NCBI GenBank assembly: GCA_037384885.1
Contig: JARRNO010000066.1
Coordinates: 1-37,624 of the forward strand
DNA length: 37,624 bases
From: Acidobacteriota bacterium
Lineage (GTDB): Bacteria > Acidobacteriota > UBA4820 > DSQY01
Direction: 5' to 3'
Part shown: positions 24,496 to 32,102 of the stretch, one piece after another
Layout of the letters: each line of letters starts with the position of its first letter
Position numbering within the stretch: the first letter of the stretch is position 1
Position numbers and translations under genes: made by a program
The notes under the pieces: generated by a model
Databases searched by the model: none
What the model was told of the DNA's origin: nothing
Seen by the model: only the letters and a program-made list of their open reading frames with translations

Positions 24496-25482
24496 TCACT
24501 CGTCGGGGCGTTCGCGGGCGCCCGGAACCGGGCGGCGTCCCTCCCGGCTGTTCAGGCGGTCGCGCCGGGCGAACTCCTCGGCTTCTTCGGCCAAAATGCG
24601 AAAACTTTCGTACCTGCCGCCGGCGATTTCACCGCGTTCGCAGGCTGCGACGACGGCGCAGTCGGGTTCGGAGTCGTGCCGGCAGCCGGGGAAACGGCAG
24701 CCAAGGGCGGCCCGTCTGATTTCCGGAAAAGCCGCCTCCACGTCCCGCCAACCGAGTCCCCACAGGGCGAATTCGCGGATGCCGGCCGTATCGATCACAA
24801 CGGTGTCTTCGTCCAGATGCAGCGCCGTGGCGCTGCTGGTCGTGTGCCGTCCCTTGCCGGATACCCCGGATACCTCGCCGACCTGGAGCCCGGCGTCGGG
24901 GACCAGGTCATTCACGAGCGTGGTTTTCCCGACGCCCGAATGACCCGCCAGGAGACACCATTTTCCCGAAATGTGCTTCCGGAAGGCCGACAGGCCTCTT
25001 CTTTCCTTGGCGCTCATCAGAAAGACCGGGTAGCCGAGCGTCTTGTAGGGGGCCAGAAGTTCGAGCACGGATTGGCGGTCGAGCAGATCCATCTTGTTGA
25101 CGACAATGGCGGCGGGAATACCGGCGGCGTGGCATGCGGTCAGGTAGCGGTCCAGGATGCCGGTGTTGACCTGGGGATTGGGACCCAGCATGATTGCCGT
25201 TTCGTGGATGTTTGCGGCCACGACGTGCTCGCGCCCCGTGAATGTGATTCTCCGGGAAAGCTTGCAGTCGCGCTCGAGAACGGTTTCGATGAGCGCCGTG
25301 CCGTCCTTCTGGGGACGCACTTCAACGCGGTCGCCCACGGCCACCCGGTTCTTCAGCCCCCGGGAAGACAGTTCCAGCCGCCCGCCGGGGAAGGCTTCCA
25401 AAGCTCGGCCGTCCAGCCAGATCGCGTGAAGCTTGCCCATCGTGCGGATGACGCGGGCTTCCTTCTGAATGTCGCCGTTCAT
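24496..25482 (-). CDS. rsgA: ribosome small-subunit-dependent GTPase A
   Basis: 328 aa from the ATG at 25482. Circularly permuted GTPase: NKMDL precedes GHSGVGKTTLVN, followed by GRHTTS, DTAGIREF and a zinc knuckle (CRFPGCRHDSEPDC). Confidence 0.88.
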   Translation of the reverse strand: MNGDIQKEARVIRTMGKLHAIWLDGRALEAFPGGRLELSSRGLKNRVAVGDRVEVRPQKDGTALIETVLERDCKLSRRITFTGREHVVAANIHETAIMLGPNPQVNTGILDRYLTACHAAGIPAAIVVNKMDLLDRQSVLELLAPYKTLGYPVFLMSAKERRGLSAFRKHISGKWCLLAGHSGVGKTTLVNDLVPDAGLQVGEVSGVSGKGRHTTSSATALHLDEDTVVIDTAGIREFALWGLGWRDVEAAFPEIRRAALGCRFPGCRHDSEPDCAVVAACERGEIAGGRYESFRILAEEAEEFARRDRLNSREGRRPVPGARERPDE

Positions 25483-25606
25483 GGGTGTATTTCCGCTCTC
25501 CCTGCGAATCGTCCGGGCATGTTCCTGCCCCGCTGGGGCGTTCCCCAACACCTTCAGCTTCTGAGGGTTATATCCCCCAAGAGGGCCCCCGCGCCGTCCC
25601 CCGTCC

Positions 25607-25635
25607 TTGTCAAGTTTGGAGGGCGGCATTACAAT
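25607..25635 (+). promoter_or_regulatory. candidate sigma70 promoter of the nfnAB-like operon
   Basis: TTGTCA (25607-25612), a 17-nt spacer, then TACAAT (25630-25635), about 70 nt upstream of the ATG at 25706. Confidence 0.5.
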
Positions 25636-25705
25636 CATGCCCCTCAAAGGCCTCGGGCCCATTCATGGTAGCACGCCCGGGTCCCAAGACAGTATAGGGG
25701 AGCCA

Positions 25706-26560
25706 ATGTACGAAATCACTGGAAAAAAATCGCTGGCGACCGGGGTTGTGGAGATGAAAGTTTACGCGCCCAGGGTAGCCCGGCATCATAAGCCCGGCCA
25801 GTTCCTGATGGTCATGAACGACGAGGACGGCGAACGCATCCCCCTCACCATCGCCGATTCCAACGCGGAAAGCGGCGAAGTGACCATTGTTTTCCTGGAA
25901 GTGGGGCGGACCACCATCGAATTGGCCACGAAGTTCAACGTGGGCGATTCGCTTTTTGCCGTGGTCGGCCCGCTGGGCACTCCCACGCATATCGAGAACT
26001 TCGGGACGGTCGTGGTGGTGGGAGGCGGCCTCGGTGTCGCTCCCATCTACCCCATCTGCAAGGGGTTGAAAGAGGCGGGCAACAAGGTCGTTTCCATCGT
26101 CGGGTACCGCCGGAAGGACCTGATGTTCTGGGAGGACCGCATCGAGTCCGCATCGAGCGAGATGATCGTGACCACCGACGACGGCTCCTTCGGTATGAAG
26201 GGATTTGTCACCACGGCGCTCGAAAAGCTCCACGACGAAGGGCGGAAGATCGACCGGATTATCGCCATCGGCCCACCCGTCATGATGCGCGCCGTTTCCC
26301 AGCTCACAGAACCCTGGAAGATTTCCACCTGGGTCTCTCTCAATACCATCATGGTGGACGGCACCGGCATGTGCGGCGGCTGCCGTGTGGAAGTGGGCGA
26401 CGAAACGCGGTTCGTCTGCGTGGACGGCCCGGATTTCGATGCACACAAAGTCAACTGGGACGAGATGTTCAAGCGCATGAAGGTGTACACCGAAGAAGAA
26501 CGCCGCGCATTGCACGCCGACGAGCCTTGCCGGCTCGAGTTCCAGGCGCTCAAGAAGTAA
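25706..26560 (+). CDS. NfnA / SudB-like FAD and 2Fe-2S subunit (ferredoxin-NADP+ oxidoreductase small subunit family)
   Basis: 284 aa from the ATG at 25706 (GGGGAG upstream). Contains KPGQFLMV, RIPLTIAD, GPLGTP, VVVGGGLGVAPIYP, and MVDGTGMCGGCRV...FVCVDGPDF. Confidence 0.85.
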   Translation: MYEITGKKSLATGVVEMKVYAPRVARHHKPGQFLMVMNDEDGERIPLTIADSNAESGEVTIVFLEVGRTTIELATKFNVGDSLFAVVGPLGTPTHIENFGTVVVVGGGLGVAPIYPICKGLKEAGNKVVSIVGYRRKDLMFWEDRIESASSEMIVTTDDGSFGMKGFVTTALEKLHDEGRKIDRIIAIGPPVMMRAVSQLTEPWKISTWVSLNTIMVDGTGMCGGCRVEVGDETRFVCVDGPDFDAHKVNWDEMFKRMKVYTEEERRALHADEPCRLEFQALKK

Positions 26561-26570
26561 GGGGATCAAC

Positions 26571-28859
26571 ATGCATGAAGCAATTGACATAGAAAAGCTC
26601 GGCGGGGTCAAGGAGGGGGAACGTAAAAAACCCCGGTCCAAGGAAGCCCGCCACGAGATCGCCTGCCAACCCGCCGACGAACGGATTCACAACTACAACG
26701 AGGTGGCGCTGGGGTATAACCCGGAAATTGCGGTGTCCGAGGCAATGAGATGCCTGGAATGTCCCAAGCCGCGCTGTGTGGTTGCATGCCCGGTCCACAT
26801 CGATATTCCCTCGTTCATCGGAAAGGTCTCCCGGGGGAAATTCGAAGAGGCGGCCGAGGACATCAGGCAGTACAATAATCTGCCGGCCATTTGCGGCCGG
26901 GTCTGCCCCCAGGAAAACCTCTGCGAGGCGGCATGCATCATCAACGACACCAATGAGGGCAACCCGATCGCCATCGGCCGCTTGGAAAGATTCTCCGCGG
27001 ACTGGCAGCTTCTCCACGGGAACCACAGCGGCAGCGAGGTCCACAAACGTCCCGCGACCGGGTGCAAAGTGGCCGTCATCGGCACGGGGCCCTCGGGCCT
27101 CTCATGTGCTGCGGACCTTGCAAAGATGGGACACTCGGTGGACATGTACGAGGCCCTGCACAAGCCGGGCGGCGTGCTGATGTACGGCATTCCCGAATTC
27201 CGGCTTCCCAAGGAGATCGTGCAAAAGGAAATCAGTTTCGTGAAGTCGCTCGGCGTGAATATCGAGCTGAACTGCGTGGTGGGGCGGACCATCCCGGTGG
27301 AAGAGATCATGGAGACCTACGACGCGGTCTACGTGGCCACCGGCGCCGGCTTTCCCAACATGATGAAAATCCCCGGGGAGAACCTCAACGGAATCTATTC
27401 CGCCAACGAGTTCCTGACCCGGGTGAATCTCATGCGGGCCTGGCAGCATCCAGCGGCGGGCACGCCCGTCCGCAAGCCCAAGAAGGCCGTTGTCGTCGGC
27501 GCAGGGTTTACCGCCTTCGACGTGGTGCGCATCGCGCTCCGGCTTGGCGCAGAAGAGGCGCAGATCGTCTACCGGCGGTCCCGTGAGGAAATGCCGGGCC
27601 GCGGCGAAGAGATCGAGCATGCCGAAGAAGAGGGCGCCAAACTGACGCTTCTAACCAACCCCGTGCAGTACATCGGGGATGAAAGGGGCTTTGTCAAGGC
27701 CGTGGAAGTTCAGAAGATGGAGTTGGGAGAGCCCGACTCCTCAGGACGGAGGCGCCCGGTTCCCATCGAGGGGAGCAATTACATCATCGATGCCGACCTG
27801 GTGGTCGTGGCCATCGGCCAGACGCCCAACGTGCTCATCCCTTCGAACCTTCCCGGGCTCGAAACGCGCTGGGGTTCCATCATCAAGGTAAACCGGGAGA
27901 CCTATATGACCTCGGTTCCCAAAGTCTTCGCCGGAGGGGACGCCATCACGGGGGCCGCCACCGTTATTCTCGCCACCCGGGCCGGGCGCGAAGCGGCGCG
28001 CTCCATCGACGCCTACGTGCGCATCCCAACCGAAGCTGGGCCGAACCCAACTGATCCGGCAGATAGGGGATTTCTCATGGAAGTAGTGGAACGATTCAAA
28101 GCATACCTGGAAGAACCCTTCGCCGAGTCTCTCATGAAGGATTTCGAATCCGCGCTCAAACATCTCGAGGAGGTGGATGCCTCGCCGTCCATGCAGGACC
28201 TCGTTACAGACATGGCCGGATTGCGGGAAAATCCCTCATTCCCGAGGAAGGCGGGGCTTTTCCTGTCTGCGTACCTGAAAATAGCGGCCCGTCCAGAGTC
28301 TATCGACCTGGAATCTTTCGAAGACACGCGCCTGGAAGGTCTCGGCGCTTGCATGGACAAAGCCGATCTCACCGTCAAGGGTGATGCGGGCAACTATACG
28401 GGCGCCTTCATGCTGTCCGGAACCCTCACCGTTGAAGGGGACGTGGGGGACTACACCGGATTTTCCATGGAAGGCGGCACGCTGCACGTCAAGGGCCTCT
28501 CGGAAAGCCACACCGGCCACTCCATGTCCGGCGGGCGCATCGTGGTGGACCGCAATGCGCACGATTTTACCGGCAACCGCATGACGGGCGGCTACATCCG
28601 CATCCGGGCGAACGCCGGCTATTCGACCGGCTACCGCATGGTCGGCGGGTTTATCGAGGTCCGGGACTTGGCATGGGACCTGGCCGGCGAAGAAATGATC
28701 GGAGGCCGCATCCAAATCGGCGGCCACGTGGGACACGACCTTGGTTATTCCATGGTCGGCGGCGAACTCGCCGTCAACGAGAAGAACAGCGAAACGCCTC
28801 GTGTCAGAGCAAAGGGGGGACAGCTCACTGTGGTAGCGCGCGGAAAAAAGCGACGCTGA
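26571..28859 (+). CDS. NfnB / GltD-like NAD(P)H flavin oxidoreductase fused to a C-terminal GXGXG beta-helix domain
   Basis: Residues 1 to about 470 have Fe-S Cys motifs (CLECPKPRCVVACP, CGRVCPQENLCEAAC), an FAD site (VAVIGTGPSGLSCA), a second Rossmann fold (VVVGAGFTAFD) and AGGDA. Residues 600 to 745 (nt 28368 onward) are repeated G-x-x-G-x-x-M-x-GG-x-I/L turns (GDAGNYTGAFMLSGTLTVEG, GDYTGFSMEGGTLHVKG, HTGHSMSGGRIVV, FTGNRMTGGYIRI...). These resemble the C-terminal domain of glutamate synthase large subunit and FwdC. Confidence 0.8.
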   Translation: MHEAIDIEKLGGVKEGERKKPRSKEARHEIACQPADERIHNYNEVALGYNPEIAVSEAMRCLECPKPRCVVACPVHIDIPSFIGKVSRGKFEEAAEDIRQYNNLPAICGRVCPQENLCEAACIINDTNEGNPIAIGRLERFSADWQLLHGNHSGSEVHKRPATGCKVAVIGTGPSGLSCAADLAKMGHSVDMYEALHKPGGVLMYGIPEFRLPKEIVQKEISFVKSLGVNIELNCVVGRTIPVEEIMETYDAVYVATGAGFPNMMKIPGENLNGIYSANEFLTRVNLMRAWQHPAAGTPVRKPKKAVVVGAGFTAFDVVRIALRLGAEEAQIVYRRSREEMPGRGEEIEHAEEEGAKLTLLTNPVQYIGDERGFVKAVEVQKMELGEPDSSGRRRPVPIEGSNYIIDADLVVVAIGQTPNVLIPSNLPGLETRWGSIIKVNRETYMTSVPKVFAGGDAITGAATVILATRAGREAARSIDAYVRIPTEAGPNPTDPADRGFLMEVVERFKAYLEEPFAESLMKDFESALKHLEEVDASPSMQDLVTDMAGLRENPSFPRKAGLFLSAYLKIAARPESIDLESFEDTRLEGLGACMDKADLTVKGDAGNYTGAFMLSGTLTVEGDVGDYTGFSMEGGTLHVKGLSESHTGHSMSGGRIVVDRNAHDFTGNRMTGGYIRIRANAGYSTGYRMVGGFIEVRDLAWDLAGEEMIGGRIQIGGHVGHDLGYSMVGGELAVNEKNSETPRVRAKGGQLTVVARGKKRR

Positions 28860-28880
28860 ATCGAACGAAAACACCACGCA

Positions 28881-28908
28881 GGGGAGGCCTTCGGGCCTCC
28901 CTTTTTTG
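28881..28908 (+). terminator. intrinsic terminator after the nfnB-like gene
   Basis: GGGAGGCC-ttcg-GGCCTCCC is a perfect 8-bp stem, followed directly by TTTTTTG. Confidence 0.75.
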
Positions 28909-28983
28909 TCGGAAAACAGGCCGGCCGGATGGGGAACAATTGGCGTCTCCTGCTGTTAGTGAAATTAAGCAGGGAGGGGTGGC

Positions 28984-29610
28984 ATGCGGTCTCTTATTTT
29001 CCTGGCGCTGGCCGTCCTGGCGGCGGCCTCGCCGGTTTTTGGGAAGGAGCCCCCAATCGTGGACGCCTTAAACCGGGATGAAGTGATAACTTTGGGCGGG
29101 GGATGTTTCTGGTGCCTCGAAGCGGTTTTCGAAGAGGTCAAGGGCGTGCGGCGGGCGGTTTCGGGCTATTCCGGCGGCACCGTGGCGGATCCCAGCTACC
29201 AGGATGTCTGCAGTGGTGAAACGGGCCACGCCGAAGTGGTCCAGGTGACCTTCGATCCCAGCGTTATCAGTCTGAAAGAACTCCTGTCCGTCTTCTTTAC
29301 CATTCACGATCCCACAACCCTCAACCGGCAGGGCGCCGACCGGGGAACCCAGTACCGCTCGATCGTGCTTTACAGGAACGAGGCGCAGAAGGCCGCGGCG
29401 GAAGCGGTGATCCGCGAAATCGAAGCGGCGAAGATCTATGGATCGCCCATCGTGACCCAACTTGTTCCCTTCAAAGCCTTTTACGAGGCCGAGAGCTACC
29501 ACCAGGACTATTACCGGACCCACCCCTCCCAGGCCTACTGCCGTATCGTCATCTCGCCGAAGGTGGCGAAGTTCCGCGAAAAATTCAGAAGGCTGATGAA
29601 AAGCCCCTGA
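28984..29610 (+). CDS. msrA: peptide-methionine (S)-S-oxide reductase with a signal peptide
   Basis: 208 aa. N-terminus [20 protein letters not shown], active site [24 protein letters not shown], and [26 protein letters not shown] lies before the ATG. Confidence 0.92.
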   Translation: MRSLIFLALAVLAAASPVFGKEPPIVDALNRDEVITLGGGCFWCLEAVFEEVKGVRRAVSGYSGGTVADPSYQDVCSGETGHAEVVQVTFDPSVISLKELLSVFFTIHDPTTLNRQGADRGTQYRSIVLYRNEAQKAAAEAVIREIEAAKIYGSPIVTQLVPFKAFYEAESYHQDYYRTHPSQAYCRIVISPKVAKFREKFRRLMKSP

Positions 29611-29716
29611 TTCCCTTTGCCGCTCCCTTCCCGAGCGGCCTGTTCACGTCAACTCAAACGCTATAAGTTTTGAAAGAGATACCTTCCCGTACTGCGAAAC
29701 GGGATGGGAGGGAACG

Positions 29717-30821
29717 ATGACGGCGAAGGTGGATCTTTCCGCCGAAACCAAGTACGGTCTCCTGCTCGAAATCGAACACAAAGTGAGGGGGACGCTCGAT
29801 CTGGACTCCATCATGAACCACCTCCTGGATACCATCGGGTCGGTCATGGATTATGACGCCGCCGGGATCTTCATCCTCAACCGGGGAGCGGTCCTCCCCC
29901 ATCGCGGGCCGCCGGGCAATGTCATCGCCGGGATCGCCTTGAGGGGTTTCGACCTGGGGCCGCCCGAGGCCGATCCCATGCTGTCCGAAGGGAAGGGCGT
30001 CATCGGCCGGGTCATCCGCACCGGGGAGACAGTCCTGATCTCCGATGTGGCGAAGGATCCGGACTATATTGCCGGCAGGAAGAGAACCCGTTCCGAGGTG
30101 GCGGTGCCCATTTGCCATCAGGACCGCGTGATCGGCGCCCTCAACGTGGAGAGCGACCGTCCCGGCGCATTCAGCGAGAGGGACCTCGGCATCCTGAACT
30201 TCTTTGCAGACGCCACCGGAATCTCTATCGAAAGGGCCGTCCTTCACCGGCAGATTCTGGAGAAGAAGTGCATGGAGGAGCAGCTCCGCCTCGCCCGCGA
30301 CGTGCAGGCGCGCCTGCTTCCGGCCGCCCCGCCGGGAATTGCGGGATACGACATCGACGGATTATGCATTCCCGCTTACGAAATCGGCGGAGACAGCACA
30401 TGGCCGGCCGGCTCAACAAATTTCTCCTGGACGACTCCAATACGGCCACTTTCGTGACCGCCGTCTACGGAACTCTTGATCCTCCGAGCGGAGAGTTCCG
30501 CTATTCGGTGCTCGGCCATAATCCGCCCCTTCTTCTCCGCGCCGACGGCAGGTGCGAAGAGCTTCGAGCGGGCGGGCTGCCTCTGGGGATTCGTCCGCGG
30601 GTGTCGCCCCTGATGGGAGAGGCCCGCCTGCGGCGGGGAGACGTGCTCGTCCTCTATACGGATGGAGTGGTGGAAAGCGGTGGACCGGAAGGGCCCGATT
30701 TCGGACTGGAGCGGCTGGTCGATGTTCTCAGGCATTCACTGCAGCAAAACGCCATGGGCATGATCAAAAATGTGGTCCAGGCCACGACTTTACGCTTGTC
30801 GTGGTCAAGCGTACCCCCTGA
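29717..30821 (+). pseudogene. GAF-domain PP2C (SpoIIE-type) phosphatase, disrupted and spread over three frames
   Basis: Frame 1 carries the GAF domain (GVIGRVIRTGETVLISDV, EVAVPICHQDRVIGALNVES) and the PP2C start (ARDVQARLLP...AYEIGGD) to about 30394, then nonsense. Frame 2 from about 30400 carries the middle of PP2C (RLNKFLLDDSNTATFVTAVYG, LGHNPPLLL, VLYTDGVVE). Frame 3 from about 30780 carries the end (HDFTLVVVKRTP, stop at 30819-30821). The GGD(Y)YD...DVSGKG...AAL segment is missing. Confidence 0.7.
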
Positions 30822-30861
30822 TCGGCGGAGGAACCGGGGGAGTTTCACCGTGGTGCCCCCG

Positions 30862-31971
30862 TCACCGCCCCGCCGCCTCCGGACTTCCGAACAACGCCGG
30901 CTGCAGGGTGCGTCCGTCAGCCATCCCGGCGCCTTCCCGCTCGAGGTCCAGCAGCTTCTGCTTTCTCCAGAGACCGCCTCCATAGCCGCCAAGGTCCCCG
31001 TTTTTGTTGACGACCCGGTGGCAGGGGATGACGATGGCGATCCGGTTCATTCCGTTGGCCGTGCCCACGGCGCGGCAGGCGCCGGGTGAACCCACCGCAA
31101 GGGCGAGATCCTGGTAACTGCGCGTTTCCCCGTAGGGGATTTTCAAGAGTTCGTCCCAGACCTGCTGCTGAAAGGGGGTTCCGGGGTAAAGCAGCGGCAG
31201 GTCGAATGCACGGCGGTTGCCGGAAAAATACTCGGAAAGCTGCCGGCGGAGATCTTTCAGATGGACATTCGCGCCCGGCACGACCGCCCGTTTGAATCGC
31301 TTCTGTATTGTTTGAAATTGGGCCTCCAGCCTCCGCCGGTCTGTGAATTCCAGCAGGCACACGCCCTCCTGGGTCGAGCCGGCCACGAGCGGACCCAGGG
31401 GACTGTCGATCCAGGAAAGGAGAACACAGTCCCCGTCCGCCGAACGGCCGGGCGGAATACCGAATGCTCTCTGGAAGGCGTCGCGGAATCCGCTTAAGGA
31501 CTCGTAGCCGTGGTCCAGCGCGGCGCCGTCAAGGGATTCTCCCTTGCGGATCCCTTCCAGCGCCCGGCCAAGCCGGAGCCCCCTGCAGAACGCCTGGAAG
31601 GTCATGCCGAAGTTCGCCTTGAAGTAGCGCCGGACCCTCACGGGGTCCACTCCGGATTCCCTCAAGTCGCCGTCGGAAATCCTGCGGGAGGGATCGGCTT
31701 CCGCTTGCTCGATCAGCGACCGGACCCATTCGGGCGGCCGTCCGGCCGTTTCCATCGGCCTGCAACGCTTGCAGGGGCGGAATCCAGAAAAGAGGGCCTC
31801 GCGCGCGGTGCCGAAAAAACGGCGGTGTGCAGGCAGGGCCCTTTTCGCCGGACATGAGGGCCGGCAAAACACGCCGGTGCTTGTGATGCCCACAAAGAAG
31901 ATCCCGTCATAGTCCGCGTCGCGTCGTTCGAAGGCCTGTTCCATCTCTTCCAGAGGGGGCAATACAGGCAC
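30862..31971 (-). CDS. ada: bifunctional Ada: Zn-finger methylphosphotriester acceptor, AraC HTH, and O6-methylguanine-DNA methyltransferase
   Basis: Ada Zn motif (FCRPSCPAKR...FRPCKRCRP), AraC-type HTH (GYESLSGFRDAFQRAFG), and MGMT active site (IPCHRVV). Start set to the GTG at 31971, 5 nt after AAGGAGG. The track ATG at 32025 is an alternative. Confidence 0.85.
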   Translation of the reverse strand: MPVLPPLEEMEQAFERRDADYDGIFFVGITSTGVFCRPSCPAKRALPAHRRFFGTAREALFSGFRPCKRCRPMETAGRPPEWVRSLIEQAEADPSRRISDGDLRESGVDPVRVRRYFKANFGMTFQAFCRGLRLGRALEGIRKGESLDGAALDHGYESLSGFRDAFQRAFGIPPGRSADGDCVLLSWIDSPLGPLVAGSTQEGVCLLEFTDRRRLEAQFQTIQKRFKRAVVPGANVHLKDLRRQLSEYFSGNRRAFDLPLLYPGTPFQQQVWDELLKIPYGETRSYQDLALAVGSPGACRAVGTANGMNRIAIVIPCHRVVNKNGDLGGYGGGLWRKQKLLDLEREGAGMADGRTLQPALFGSPEAAGR

Positions 31972-32102
31972 GGCGGCCTCCTTTCCGGTTTCAGGGTTCA
32001 ACCCCTGCTGGCACAGATTTATCATCCCCGGCGTATCTTTTCCACCGATTTCTGAACAGGTATTTTACAAGCGTGCCGCTCCCTCTGTTCGGGAGAGAAG
32101 AA

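Noticed and set aside
25610-26641. 343-aa minus-strand ORF antisense to the nfnA-like gene
   Set aside because: It is a shadow ORF opposite a well-supported FNR-like gene, and it has no RBS or motif.
30822-31089. Tail of track ORF 30112..31089 (325 aa) extending past the PP2C stop into the ada region
   Set aside because: Only the middle of this ORF (about 30400-30780) is real PP2C sequence. The 5' part is out-of-frame overlap with the GAF domain. The 3' part is antisense to the ada MGMT domain (the PCHRV motif is on the minus strand).
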